From: Candidatus Aminicenantes bacterium
Lineage (GTDB): Bacteria > Acidobacteriota > Aminicenantia > S016-38
Direction of reading: 5' to 3'
Length of the DNA: 64,000 nt
NCBI GenBank assembly: GCA_027025175.1
Contig: JALVRF010000143.1
Location: 1,863 to 65,862, forward strand
Every line of letters starts with the position of its first letter. Positions within the stretch are counted from its first letter, which is position 1. Shown one piece after another: positions 46,299 through 55,641 of this stretch. The notes under the pieces are model-generated. The model worked only from the letters and a program-made list of their open reading frames with translations. It had not been told where the DNA came from and searched no databases. The translations under genes were made by a program, and so were the position numbers.

Positions 46299-46555
46299 AG
46301 GATTGGCTCTCGGGCTTTTTCCGGGGAGCCTTCTCAGATACCCTTTTCGCCGACCTTGAAAGGGAAGCCACGGAGGGGGAGGAAATTATTTTAGTCCTGG
46401 TTCTCCTTCAATTTTCAGGCCTGGAAAACCCCTTTTCCTTCTATGCCCTGGAAATTCTGCCCTTCATGGAAATAACACCGTATTCCCTGAGAAGGCTCAT
46501 TTCCAAGGAGGAGCGATTGGGTTATCTTTTCTCAAGATTTGAGGGCTGGGCATGA
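46286..46555 (+). CDS. Small hypothetical protein (89 aa) between cstA and an ArsA-like ATPase
   Basis: Overlaps both neighbours by 13 nt and 4 nt. No similarity to the YbdD/DUF466 partner of E. coli cstA recognised. Confidence 0.4.
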   Translation: MGKLKDWLSGFFRGAFSDTLFADLEREATEGEEIILVLVLLQFSGLENPFSFYALEILPFMEITPYSLRRLISKEERLGYLFSRFEGWA

Positions 46556-47376
46556 GACTCTTCTTTGTAGCGGGGAAAGGCGGAGTGGGGAAGACCACCG
46601 TTGCCGGCACCTTAGCCTATTTTCTTTCCAGGAAGGGAAAAACTGCGCTGATTTCCACCGACCTCGCCCATTCCCTGGGGGATTTTTTCTCCATGCAGGG
46701 GGAAGAATTCCAGGTGGAGGGGATAAGGGTTCTTCAGCCCCATGCCCCTTCAAAACTCAGGGAAAGGGTGAAAAACTGGGAAAAGGAGTTCTTCAGCAAT
46801 ATTTCCCCCACCCTGAGGGAGGATTTTTCTCCCTTTTTCCGGTTTGCAGAAAAGGACCCGGCCAATTACGACCTTATCATGCTTGAGGAGGTAAAAAGAC
46901 TCGCCTTAGAAGGGGGGCTGGAGTACTTAGTGGTGGATTCCGGCCCCACGGGCCAGTTCCTCAAATTCCTTTTTCTGGGGAAGAAACTCCTGGAATGGTA
47001 TCGTCTCCTGAGGAAATGGAGAAGAAAATACCTGAAACTCAAGGAAATGACCAGGGGGAAAACCAGGGATGCCATGGAGGAATTCCTGGGAAAAAGGATT
47101 CAGGAGAACGAGGCTTTCCGCAGGCTCATGCAGGGGGGTTTCCTGGTGTGGGTAACAGAGCCCACGGCTCTTTCCCTGAGGGAAACCCTCCGGGCCCTTT
47201 CCCAAATAAGGAGGGTGGATTTTTTAGTGGTAAACAAGGTTAAAGGGGAATTTACCTTGCCGGAGCCATTGGCAAAACTCAGGAGAATTGACCTCCCCAT
47301 GCTGGATGAGGAGCCTGTCTTTGGCTCCAGGTCCTGGGGAAAAATTGCTGAAAAAATCGGAGAAATTTTGAGATGA
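46552..47376 (+). CDS. ArsA/Get3-family P-loop ATPase (single domain)
   Basis: Deviant Walker A GKGGVGKTTVA. TDLAHSLGD signature (compare ArsA TDPAHNL). 274 aa. Confidence 0.6.
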   Translation: MRLFFVAGKGGVGKTTVAGTLAYFLSRKGKTALISTDLAHSLGDFFSMQGEEFQVEGIRVLQPHAPSKLRERVKNWEKEFFSNISPTLREDFSPFFRFAEKDPANYDLIMLEEVKRLALEGGLEYLVVDSGPTGQFLKFLFLGKKLLEWYRLLRKWRRKYLKLKEMTRGKTRDAMEEFLGKRIQENEAFRRLMQGGFLVWVTEPTALSLRETLRALSQIRRVDFLVVNKVKGEFTLPEPLAKLRRIDLPMLDEEPVFGSRSWGKIAEKIGEILR

Positions 47377-47422
47377 ACCCTGAAGTGAATAAAATTTTCT
47401 TATCCTCTAAAGGAGGTTGTCC

Positions 47423-50400
47423 ATGAAAAAACTTGGCTTTATACTGGCTTTACTTTTTCCTCTATACCTCTGGGCTATCCAGGGGAGGGTTATGAGGTTT
47501 CCGGACATTAAGAACGGAAAGATAGTGTTTTCCTACGGAGGTGACCTCTGGATAGTAAGCGAAAATGGAGGAATTGCCCGAAGATTAACCGCCCACCCGG
47601 GGCTGGAAATATTCCCTAAGTTCTCCCCTGACGGGAAATGGATTGCCTTTACCGGACAATACGATGGTCATTTTGAAGTTTACATTATCCCCAGCCAGGG
47701 AGGGGAACCAAGGAGGCTCACCTATTTAGGGGAAGTAAAAACCCCGGAAAGGTTTGGCCCGGATAATTTAGTTATGGGGTGGAGCCCGGACGGAAAATAC
47801 GTTCTCTTCCGCTCCCGCTATGGGGTTTTTGACACCTGGCTCGGCAAACTTTATCTGGTCTCAACCATGGCCACCCCACCCAAACCCCTTCCCCTTCCCT
47901 ACGGAGGACTTGCCAGTTTCTCCCCGGATGGCAGGAAGATAGTCTACAACAGAATCTTCAGGGACTTCAGGACCTGGAAAAAATACAAGGGGGGAATGGC
48001 CCAGGACATCTGGATTTATGATTTAAAAACTCTGAAATTGAAGAGACTTACCAGATATGAGGGCTCTGACAGGTTTCCCATGTGGGCCGGTGACAAAATA
48101 TACTTTGTCTCTGACAGGGTAGGCTGGAGGTTAAACCTCTTCTCCTACGACCTTAAAACAGGGAAGATAACCCAACTTACACGCTTTAAAGACTACGATG
48201 TAATGTGGCCCTCCTATGGGGACGGAAAAATAGTCTTTGAAAAGGGAGGAAGGCTTTTCGTTTACAATACCGCCACAGGAAAAACCAGAGAGGTAAAGGT
48301 TGAGATTCCCACGGATAGGCTCTGGGCAAGACCCCACTGGGTATCCCTCAAGGATAGGGTAGAGGACTTTGATATTTCCCCCCACGGTAAAAGGCTGGTG
48401 GTGGTAGCCAGGGGTGATATTTTCACCGTTCCGGCCAGGAAGGGGGATATTCTTCCCCTTACCCGCTCCTCTTCCTCCAGGGAAAGATACGCCACCTGGT
48501 CACCGGACGGCAAATGGATTGCCTTTGTCTCGGACATGGGAGGTGAGGACGAGATTTACATAATGAAAAAGGACGGCGGCAAACCCATAAAAATCGCCTC
48601 CGGCGGAAAGTGCTTCAAATACTCCCTGGTCTGGTCCCCGGACAGCAGTAAAATAGCCTGGTCAGACAAGAACCTGGCCCTCTGGTATGTGGACATCCAC
48701 GAGAAAAAACCCCATCTCGTGGATAAGGCCAGGGTATGGGAAATAAGGGAATATGCCTGGTCACCGGACAGTCAGTGGATCGCCTACGCAAAACCTGAGG
48801 ATAACAGGCTGAGTTCCATATTCCTATATTCCCTTAAGGAGGGAAAAATATACAGGGCCACCTCAAAAATGAACGATGATAAAAGCCCGGCCTTTGATCC
48901 CAGGGGCAGATACCTGTTCTTCATCTCCTCCAGGGATTATCATCCCACCTTAGGCCATTTTGAACTCAGTTATACTTACAACAAGATGGACAGGATTTAC
49001 GCCCTTCTCCTCAGCCCTGATGTTAAGAATCCCATGGCCCCTGAGGACGACGAGGAGACCCTGAAAAAAGGGAAAAAGGGGAACTCCAAAAAGGAGAAGA
49101 AAAAATTCTCCATAGATACCCGTGGACTCCTCAACAGGGTGGTGGCCTTCAAGATGAAGCCAGGAAACTATTACGGCCTCAGCAGTGATGGGGAAAGGGT
49201 TTTCTATTTGGCCGCAGGAAACATGGGGGAAAATCCCAGGTTAATGGCCTATGACCTTTCCAAGAGAAAAGCCTACGTGGTGGTGGAGGGGGCCCGTTCC
49301 TATGCCCTCTCTGCTGACGGAAAGAAGTTAGCCTACATGGCCGGAAAAACAATTGGAATTATTGAGGCCTCAACCAGAGGAGCTTCCCCTGGAAAAGGGG
49401 GGGTAAATTTAGATGGTCTTAGGACAAAAATCCATCCCCTCCAGGAATGGAAGGAAATATTCATGGAGGTCTGGAGACTGGAAAGGGACTTCTACTACCT
49501 TCCCAACATGAACGGGATAAACTGGAAGGAGATGATAAAAAGATGGGGCTCGCTTATCCCCTACATTTCCCACAGGTTTGACCTCAATTACCTGATAGGC
49601 GAAATGCAATCAGAGTTAGGAACCTCCCATGCTTATGTGGGGGGAGGGGATTATCCCAGGTTCGACAAAACCAATGTGGGATACTTGGGGGCGGATTTCC
49701 GCAAGGGGGAGAACGGATATTACAGGATTTCTAAAATCCTGGAAGGGGCGAACTGGGAAGCCAAATACCGCAGCCCATTAAGGGCCCCCGGGGTAAAGGT
49801 TAAAGAGGGGGATTACCTTATAGCCATTGAAGGTAAAGAGGTCCGCTGGCCCCATCAAATCGGGGAATTCCTGGAAGAAAGGGCCGGAAAACTCACCAGG
49901 ATTCTGGTAAATTCCAGGCCTTCTGCGGAAGGGGCATGGGAAATCAAGGTGATACCCATAGCCAATGAAATGCCCCTCCGCTATTACAACTGGGTTTTGA
50001 ATAACCGAAGAAAGGTGGAGAAACTTTCTGGGGGGAGAATAGGGTATCTCCATATTCCGGATATGAGTTTAGAGGGGTTGAGCGAGTTCGTCAAGGCCTA
50101 TTATGCCCAGTTTGACAAGCAGGGAATCATCATTGATGTGAGGTTCAACGGCGGAGGTTTTGTTTCTGGAATGATTCTCGAAAGGCTGAGAAGGATAGTT
50201 GCTGCCATGGCAGCACCCAGGAACGCCGCCCCTGAAACATACCCCTCTGCAGCCTATCACGGATACCTTGCCTGCCTGGTAAACCATTATTCCGCCTCCG
50301 ACGGGGACATCTTCCCCTATTTCTTCAAGTATTACAAACTGGGGCCGGTAATTGGAACCCGTAGCTGGGGAGGAGTCGTGGGAATAAGGGGATATCGCAG

Positions 50401-50626
50401 GCTCCTGGATGGGGGCTATATAACCACTCCGGAGTTCGGCCATTACGGCCTCAACGGAAAATGGGTCATAGAAAACCACGGGGTTGATCCTGACATAGTG
50501 GTGGACAACCCGCCTGCAGATCTGATAAAGGGTAGGGACCCTCAACTTGAGAAGGCAGTGGAAATTCTCATGGAGAAGATAAAAAAGGCTCCGCCCAAAC
50601 TTCCGCCGAAACCTTACGAGAAATAA
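47423..50626 (+). CDS. Tricorn protease homolog (S41-family C-terminal processing protease with N-terminal beta-propellers)
   Basis: The N-terminal PDIKNGKIVFSYGGDLWIVSENGG...FPKFSPDGKWIAFTGQYDG matches the tricorn N-terminus. About 1067 aa. ATG at 47423 after AGGAGG; the ORF-track TTG start at 47417 is rejected. Confidence 0.8.
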   Translation: MKKLGFILALLFPLYLWAIQGRVMRFPDIKNGKIVFSYGGDLWIVSENGGIARRLTAHPGLEIFPKFSPDGKWIAFTGQYDGHFEVYIIPSQGGEPRRLTYLGEVKTPERFGPDNLVMGWSPDGKYVLFRSRYGVFDTWLGKLYLVSTMATPPKPLPLPYGGLASFSPDGRKIVYNRIFRDFRTWKKYKGGMAQDIWIYDLKTLKLKRLTRYEGSDRFPMWAGDKIYFVSDRVGWRLNLFSYDLKTGKITQLTRFKDYDVMWPSYGDGKIVFEKGGRLFVYNTATGKTREVKVEIPTDRLWARPHWVSLKDRVEDFDISPHGKRLVVVARGDIFTVPARKGDILPLTRSSSSRERYATWSPDGKWIAFVSDMGGEDEIYIMKKDGGKPIKIASGGKCFKYSLVWSPDSSKIAWSDKNLALWYVDIHEKKPHLVDKARVWEIREYAWSPDSQWIAYAKPEDNRLSSIFLYSLKEGKIYRATSKMNDDKSPAFDPRGRYLFFISSRDYHPTLGHFELSYTYNKMDRIYALLLSPDVKNPMAPEDDEETLKKGKKGNSKKEKKKFSIDTRGLLNRVVAFKMKPGNYYGLSSDGERVFYLAAGNMGENPRLMAYDLSKRKAYVVVEGARSYALSADGKKLAYMAGKTIGIIEASTRGASPGKGGVNLDGLRTKIHPLQEWKEIFMEVWRLERDFYYLPNMNGINWKEMIKRWGSLIPYISHRFDLNYLIGEMQSELGTSHAYVGGGDYPRFDKTNVGYLGADFRKGENGYYRISKILEGANWEAKYRSPLRAPGVKVKEGDYLIAIEGKEVRWPHQIGEFLEERAGKLTRILVNSRPSAEGAWEIKVIPIANEMPLRYYNWVLNNRRKVEKLSGGRIGYLHIPDMSLEGLSEFVKAYYAQFDKQGIIIDVRFNGGGFVSGMILERLRRIVAAMAAPRNAAPETYPSAAYHGYLACLVNHYSASDGDIFPYFFKYYKLGPVIGTRSWGGVVGIRGYRRLLDGGYITTPEFGHYGLNGKWVIENHGVDPDIVVDNPPADLIKGRDPQLEKAVEILMEKIKKAPPKLPPKPYEK

Positions 50627-50628
50627 AG

Positions 50629-50658
50629 GACAGGGAGGGGGGCCTCCCCCTTCCTGTT
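50629..50658. terminator. Bidirectional stem-loop terminator between tricorn and the convergent OMP gene
   Basis: gacagggagggggg/cccccttcctgtt forms a 13-bp RNA stem with two G-U pairs. On the minus strand it is followed by a T-rich CTTTATTTCT tract. Confidence 0.55.
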
Positions 50659-53249
50659 CAATAATTGAACCTGAGGCCTAAAATTACTTCCCTTTCCCCG
50701 TATCTTCTGTAAGGGGCGAAAAAGGAACTGGAAGGGAAGAATTTTCCGTCCTCCGTAAGCAGGCCCTGAAACCCCCTGAGGGGAATGTCCACCCCGTGCC
50801 CTAAGGCGTTGTTAACCCTTAAATACATGGTTACATTTCCGAGGGTATAGGAAAGGGAAAGGTTTAAATTATGGATGGGGTCGGAGAGCTCGTATCCAGG
50901 GGCGGAAAGGACTATCTTTTCCAGGTTGAAGGGAGAGGATTTTTCGCTTATGAAATATACCCACCTGTAAAAGGGTCTTCCGGAACGATAATTGTAAAGG
51001 GCGGAAAAATAAAGGTTTTTAACAGGGGAAAGGGTAACAAGGGCGGTTAGATAAAGGGTATTGAATCTGGCCTTTATGTTCTCCAGTTGATTGGGGGAGT
51101 ATATCCTGGGATAGGAGGGTCCCCAGTATCCCCTTTTCTGGGAATAAACCCCTTCCAGGAAAAAGGAAAATTTTCCGGTCAAATATTTCCTGAGAAAAAC
51201 CCTGAAATTCCTGCTCACCGCTGAAAGGTCCTTGACGGGATAAGGGGAAAAGGCCCAGGAAAACTCACCAACTTTTTCCGTGGGAACAAAATAATAAAAA
51301 ACGAATTCGCCGTCGTCCCCGGTACCGAAAACCCCATCAGGTCCCGGTTCCTGAACGGTCTCCCCCTGCCACCAGTCCGATTCCTTGTTGGAACTTATCT
51401 TGGTATTTATAATGGCAGCCCTGTTGGAATAATTCTCAAGCCAGAATTCCGCCCCATAAAAAACACCTCCGCTTTCCCCGCTAAGCCCGAGGCTTATAAC
51501 ATCGGTAAACTCTGTGGGGAAGGTGGAAGAAGGGGATGTGGGAGGGAGGATTCTTCTTTTCATGACCTCATCCGGGGATAAACTGCCGTCCCCATTGAGG
51601 TCCTTCCAGAAAACATCCGCCCATCCCTGAAACAGGGGATAATAAATTTCCATGTCCTCAACATCTATGGGCCTGGCAAACCTTGAAATTCCTCCCTGCA
51701 TGTACAGGCCCTTTAAAACTTCGTAGGTAAAGCCCAGCCTTATACCAAAACCCTCAGTGGAAACCCCGTTGAAGGAATAAATGAGCCTCCTGGAGAAAAT
51801 ATCCTCGTTTCCCTGACCGTTGAGGAAGGTCCACTCTTCCAATCCGTTCTTTATCCCGGAGTTAAATCCGCTGTGATAACTGTCATATCTTATCCCTGTG
51901 AAAAGATTGAGTCTGCCGAAATTCCAGATATCCTGAATCCTTAATGAAATATGGTAAAACTTCCCGGACTGTTCCTCGTCGCCATAGGGATATATTCTCC
52001 ACCAGTAAAATCCTGCTCCAGGGTAAACTTCTCCTCCAGAGGCGGAAAATTTAAGAACAGGTTCCGGGGATTTCCTGATTTCCCTCAGGGTCATAAATTC
52101 AAAGCCACCGCCGTAATTTATGTAATGCTGGGCCCCGGCGAGACGGTCAAAAAAGAGTCTGCCATCAAAACTAAAATGGTATCTTCTAAGTCTGGTGGTT
52201 TTATTCAGAAAATAGGAGAACCAGCCAGAGGAAAGATTAACCTCAGGGTATAAAGAGCCCGTATTTTCCCCTGCCTCCTTGGTCTCTACCCCGGCAGAAA
52301 ACCCGAAGGGGGAGTTTAGTTTCATCCCATAGTGAAGTAAGAAATCCCTCTGCTTCAGGTCCAGGGAGGGAATATTATCGCCGGGAAGCCAGGGCATTTC
52401 CTTTTTCCACTGATGGGGCTCCCTCCTTCTGGAAAACATGGCTGCAAGTCCCCAGTTTCCACGGCCCAGGGAAAAATAACCTGAATAGGCCTCCCGGGTA
52501 AATTCCCCGGCCCCCGGGAAATCCCTCTTTTCCTTAGAATAAAACAGGGAAAGAGTTCCACTGTATCCAGAACGTTCCAGGGAGCCCGAGACCGTAGCAT
52601 CGGTGAATCCGTGATCGTATTCTCCGGAACTCATAGAGTATGGAAGGGCCTCAAGGCCAATGTAAATTCCAGCCGGGGAATAAAAATAGGAGTGTTCTCC
52701 GGGCCTTTCCTCTTCCACATTTCCCCTATCAGAGGAAAGAGCCAGATAATTTCCCAGGAAAGGAGCGGGCTCCGTCAGGGAAAAGGGAAAATGTCCCCGG
52801 GAAAACTCCCTTCCGTTAACGAAAAATCTCTCACTTTTTTCCCGTAGGGTCTCCCTGCTCTGGGAGAGGGTTTCATGGGGAGAGAATCCCTCGGCAGGCC
52901 AGAATTCTCCCCCTGCCGGTAGCCTCCTGGCCCCAGGGGGACATTTTTCTACACCCAATTTAAGGCCCATGGAATAGGAGTTAACAACACCAGGAAGCAC
53001 AAGGACTTCACCCTGGCGGGAACAAAATCCCTTCAAACTTGCCTTGAGCCTGTATTTTCCCGGTGGGAGTTCTGCTATTATTACCCCGCTCTCGCCGGCA
53101 AAAAAGGACCGGGTTCTTTCCCCGTAAAGTTTTAACCTCACGCCGGGGAGGGGGTTTCCGTATTCGTCAACAAAAGCCACCCTGAGGGTAGCAGCAAAAA
53201 GGGGCAAAAAAAGCCACAGAAAAATTACAGTTTTTATGGTTCTTTTCAT
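50658..53249 (-). CDS. TonB-dependent-receptor-like outer membrane protein with an N-terminal carboxypeptidase-regulatory-like domain
   Basis: ATG at 53249 gives the signal peptide MKRTIKTVIFLWLFLPLFAATL; the longer TTG-start ORF is rejected. CarbopepD_reg-like N-domain (LRVAFVDEYGNPLPGVRLKLYG...GKYRLKASLKGF). Long beta-rich region ending in an aromatic residue (…LGLRFNY). Confidence 0.5.
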   Translation of the reverse strand: MKRTIKTVIFLWLFLPLFAATLRVAFVDEYGNPLPGVRLKLYGERTRSFFAGESGVIIAELPPGKYRLKASLKGFCSRQGEVLVLPGVVNSYSMGLKLGVEKCPPGARRLPAGGEFWPAEGFSPHETLSQSRETLREKSERFFVNGREFSRGHFPFSLTEPAPFLGNYLALSSDRGNVEEERPGEHSYFYSPAGIYIGLEALPYSMSSGEYDHGFTDATVSGSLERSGYSGTLSLFYSKEKRDFPGAGEFTREAYSGYFSLGRGNWGLAAMFSRRREPHQWKKEMPWLPGDNIPSLDLKQRDFLLHYGMKLNSPFGFSAGVETKEAGENTGSLYPEVNLSSGWFSYFLNKTTRLRRYHFSFDGRLFFDRLAGAQHYINYGGGFEFMTLREIRKSPEPVLKFSASGGEVYPGAGFYWWRIYPYGDEEQSGKFYHISLRIQDIWNFGRLNLFTGIRYDSYHSGFNSGIKNGLEEWTFLNGQGNEDIFSRRLIYSFNGVSTEGFGIRLGFTYEVLKGLYMQGGISRFARPIDVEDMEIYYPLFQGWADVFWKDLNGDGSLSPDEVMKRRILPPTSPSSTFPTEFTDVISLGLSGESGGVFYGAEFWLENYSNRAAIINTKISSNKESDWWQGETVQEPGPDGVFGTGDDGEFVFYYFVPTEKVGEFSWAFSPYPVKDLSAVSRNFRVFLRKYLTGKFSFFLEGVYSQKRGYWGPSYPRIYSPNQLENIKARFNTLYLTALVTLSPVKNLYFSALYNYRSGRPFYRWVYFISEKSSPFNLEKIVLSAPGYELSDPIHNLNLSLSYTLGNVTMYLRVNNALGHGVDIPLRGFQGLLTEDGKFFPSSSFFAPYRRYGEREVILGLRFNY

Positions 53250-53285
53250 GGGAGAAAGGATAGAAAAAACCTCGGCAAAAATCAA

Positions 53286-54548
53286 CTATTCCACTATGGA
53301 ACGAAAGGGGGAAGCCGAGGAAAAACTAAGGGTAAAGGGTTTCCAGTTTATCCCCTCCTTCACGGCTATTGGATATTGGCTCTGATAAAGGGGAATAAAG
53401 GGTAACTCCTCCAAGAAGATTCGGTGGGCCCTTTCCCAATCCCTTCTTTCCAGTGCTTTTTCCATTTCCCGGCTGCAATACCCGAAATAATTGGCTGCTC
53501 CATTACAGGACAGAATCTCCCTGAGGTCAGAAGGAAAATCCAAGGAGAAGGCGGAAAGGACCAGGTGGAAATTCCCGCTCCTGAGCCGGCGCAGGAAAAT
53601 TCCCTTCTCTAAAGGGAGAATCCTTATTCCTCCTAAGGCCTGCTGAAGAAGCTGAGCCACCAGCAGCCTTTCCCTTCCCACCGAGGGAACCAGAAGTTCC
53701 AGTTTTTTCTCTGGCCGCCTTCCCCGGCATTGGACTCTCCCCTTATAAGGGAACCAGATCTGAAAGGGAGAAATCAAGGGCCGGGAAAAACCCCGGGTAA
53801 GGGAGGAAAAATCCAGGCCTTCAACCCTTTGGGCTACCCAGCACCTTTCCTCCCAGGGGATATTTCTAAAACCAAGATAGACAAAAAAAGGCCTTCTAAT
53901 CCTGTAAATCCTGAATCCCTTAGAGGGAAGGAAAAACGGAAAACCAACCCCTATATCAGCTTCCCCGGCCTCCAGTTTCATCTTCATAACCGCCGGGTCC
54001 TTTACCTCAATAAGTTTTATCCTCCCGAAGGCAGTTCTGAGGGGAAACTGCCTTCTTTTTTCCAGGACCATTATTCCCGGGGAGAACCTGACAGGCCTGT
54101 AAGGACCGGATATGGGAAGTTCAGAATTAGGACGAAAATTCCTGGGGAGAACAGGGAAAAGAAAGTGGTATTTCTCAGGCCGGACAGGGAATTTAACAAT
54201 GACCTTTCCCCCTTCAACCTTCGCCCGGATGCCTTTCCAGTAAGGATAAAAGGGATTGGCCCTATAGGAAGATAGAAATTTGTAAGTAAAAGCAAGGTCC
54301 TCAGGGGTTATGGGGCGACCATTTTCCCAGGAAAAACCCGAAACGACCTCAAGCACCGCCCTTTTGCCCCTGAGAGAAACCAGCCTGGCCACGTAGGGCC
54401 TCATTTCTCCCCTGGCATCCAGCCTCAGGGGGGAAGCATAGAGCATTTCAAGCACAGGGGCTTGTCCCTCTAAGGTAAGGTGGAAGGGTCCCAGATTGGT
54501 GGGAAGTGAAGATAGGGCGATAACCACAGAAAGAAGGAGTCCTTTCAT
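53286..54548 (-). CDS. Solute-binding protein family 5-like (oligopeptide/nickel SBP fold), short version
   Basis: Signal peptide. ASPLRLDARGEMRPYVARLVSL...SWENGRPITPEDLAFTYKFL matches the SBP_bac_5 N-terminal pattern. Only 420 aa. RBS AGGAGA. Confidence 0.5.
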   Translation of the reverse strand: MKGLLLSVVIALSSLPTNLGPFHLTLEGQAPVLEMLYASPLRLDARGEMRPYVARLVSLRGKRAVLEVVSGFSWENGRPITPEDLAFTYKFLSSYRANPFYPYWKGIRAKVEGGKVIVKFPVRPEKYHFLFPVLPRNFRPNSELPISGPYRPVRFSPGIMVLEKRRQFPLRTAFGRIKLIEVKDPAVMKMKLEAGEADIGVGFPFFLPSKGFRIYRIRRPFFVYLGFRNIPWEERCWVAQRVEGLDFSSLTRGFSRPLISPFQIWFPYKGRVQCRGRRPEKKLELLVPSVGRERLLVAQLLQQALGGIRILPLEKGIFLRRLRSGNFHLVLSAFSLDFPSDLREILSCNGAANYFGYCSREMEKALERRDWERAHRIFLEELPFIPLYQSQYPIAVKEGINWKPFTLSFSSASPFRSIVE

Positions 54549-54970
54549 TTTTTTCTCCTGAACATAATAAGACCATCTCCCCTTGGAAAACTGTAATAAT
54601 TCCTTATCTCCGCAACTATGCGGAAACCGAATTTTTTATATAACTCTATAGCCGGAGCGTTGGATTTCCTTACTTCCAGGACGAAGTATTCTGCATCCTC
54701 GTCAAGGCACTTCTTTAAGAGGGCGCTTCCTATTCCCCTCCTTCTTTTAGATGGAGAAACCGCGAGGTTAAGTATGTGAACTTCCCCTAATATCCTTCTC
54801 CAGATTATATAACCCTCCACCCTTTCCTCCTCCCATACTAAGGCTGTGGAGAAGGGATTATTAAGTTCAGAGGAAAAGGAGCCCTTCGACCAGGGGGAGG
54901 GAAAAACCTCTTTTTCTATTTCCACCACCCTGTCTAAATCCTCCTCTTTCATCCTTCTTATTTTCCCCAT
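54545..54970 (-). CDS. rimI: GNAT N-acetyltransferase, RimI-like (ribosomal-protein-alanine acetyltransferase)
   Basis: VHILNLAVSPSKRRRGIGSALL acetyl-CoA binding motif. 141 aa. Lies next to tsaB, as is usual. Confidence 0.75.
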   Translation of the reverse strand: MGKIRRMKEEDLDRVVEIEKEVFPSPWSKGSFSSELNNPFSTALVWEEERVEGYIIWRRILGEVHILNLAVSPSKRRRGIGSALLKKCLDEDAEYFVLEVRKSNAPAIELYKKFGFRIVAEIRNYYSFPRGDGLIMFRRKK

Positions 54971-55611
54971 TTCTTTATTTCCGCATCCGAGGCCCTGAGA
55001 TAAAGGGGATAGATTTTTCTGGGCTCCTCAACCACCTGGCCCCTTTTCCACAATTCAAAACCAAGGACACCAACCTCGGCAGCGGAAAAAAGGCTCCTTT
55101 CTGAAATTTTCGCTCCCGGATTTTTTGATTTTATCAGCTCCCGGAACCTTAAGGCTCCATCCCCTATGAAGACCTCCACAGGCAGGGAGACGAATTCTTC
55201 TACAGAAAGGGAGGCAGGCTGGGTCTCCCTTTTACCGTTTAAGTAAACGGCAGAGAAAACCTCCCCCTTCTTGGCATCTATTCCCACCGCAGTTTTTCCC
55301 TTTTCCTTTAAACCCAAGGCATCTAAGGATATTACCGGGGCAAAGGGAATTTTCAGGGAGAAACAAAGGGCCTTGACGGTGGAAAGTCCCACCCTTATTC
55401 CGGTAAAGGAACCCGGACCAATGGTGGCGGCTATTAGGTTTATGTCCTCCTTTGCCAAGGAAAGAAGGCGGAGGAGATAATCCACTGAAGGAAGAAGGTG
55501 GGAAGAATGAAAAAGCCCTATGCTGAGGTTTATCTCACCCAGCAGTTTCCTGTCCTCCAGAACCGCCACAGAAGGATAAGGGGTGGACGTATCCCAGGCA
55601 AGAATTTTCAT
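54958..55611 (-). CDS. tsaB: tRNA threonylcarbamoyladenosine biosynthesis protein TsaB (YeaZ)
   Basis: MKILAWDTST...GPGSFTGIRVGLSTVKAL is the TsaB/Kae1-fold signature without the metal-binding His pair. Confidence 0.8.
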   Translation of the reverse strand: MKILAWDTSTPYPSVAVLEDRKLLGEINLSIGLFHSSHLLPSVDYLLRLLSLAKEDINLIAATIGPGSFTGIRVGLSTVKALCFSLKIPFAPVISLDALGLKEKGKTAVGIDAKKGEVFSAVYLNGKRETQPASLSVEEFVSLPVEVFIGDGALRFRELIKSKNPGAKISERSLFSAAEVGVLGFELWKRGQVVEEPRKIYPLYLRASDAEIKKWGK

Positions 55612-55641
55612 AGGGTAATTATACTTTGTATAATTTCTCTT

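Noticed and set aside
47417-47422. TTG-initiated N-terminal extension (MSM...) of the tricorn ORF
   Set aside because: ATG at 47423 sits 6 nt after a perfect AGGAGG. The TTG start would overlap the RBS.
53250-53285. N-terminal extension (MIFAEVFSILSP) of the TonB-like OMP ORF
   Set aside because: It requires a TTG start abutting the upstream gene's stop. The internal ATG at 53249 begins a clean signal peptide (MKRTIKTVIFLWLFLPLFAATL).
55498-55641. Long N-terminal extension of uppS overlapping tsaB
   Set aside because: The UppS homology begins at MEIEGLKG (ATG 55642). The extension is antisense overlap with tsaB and has no homology.
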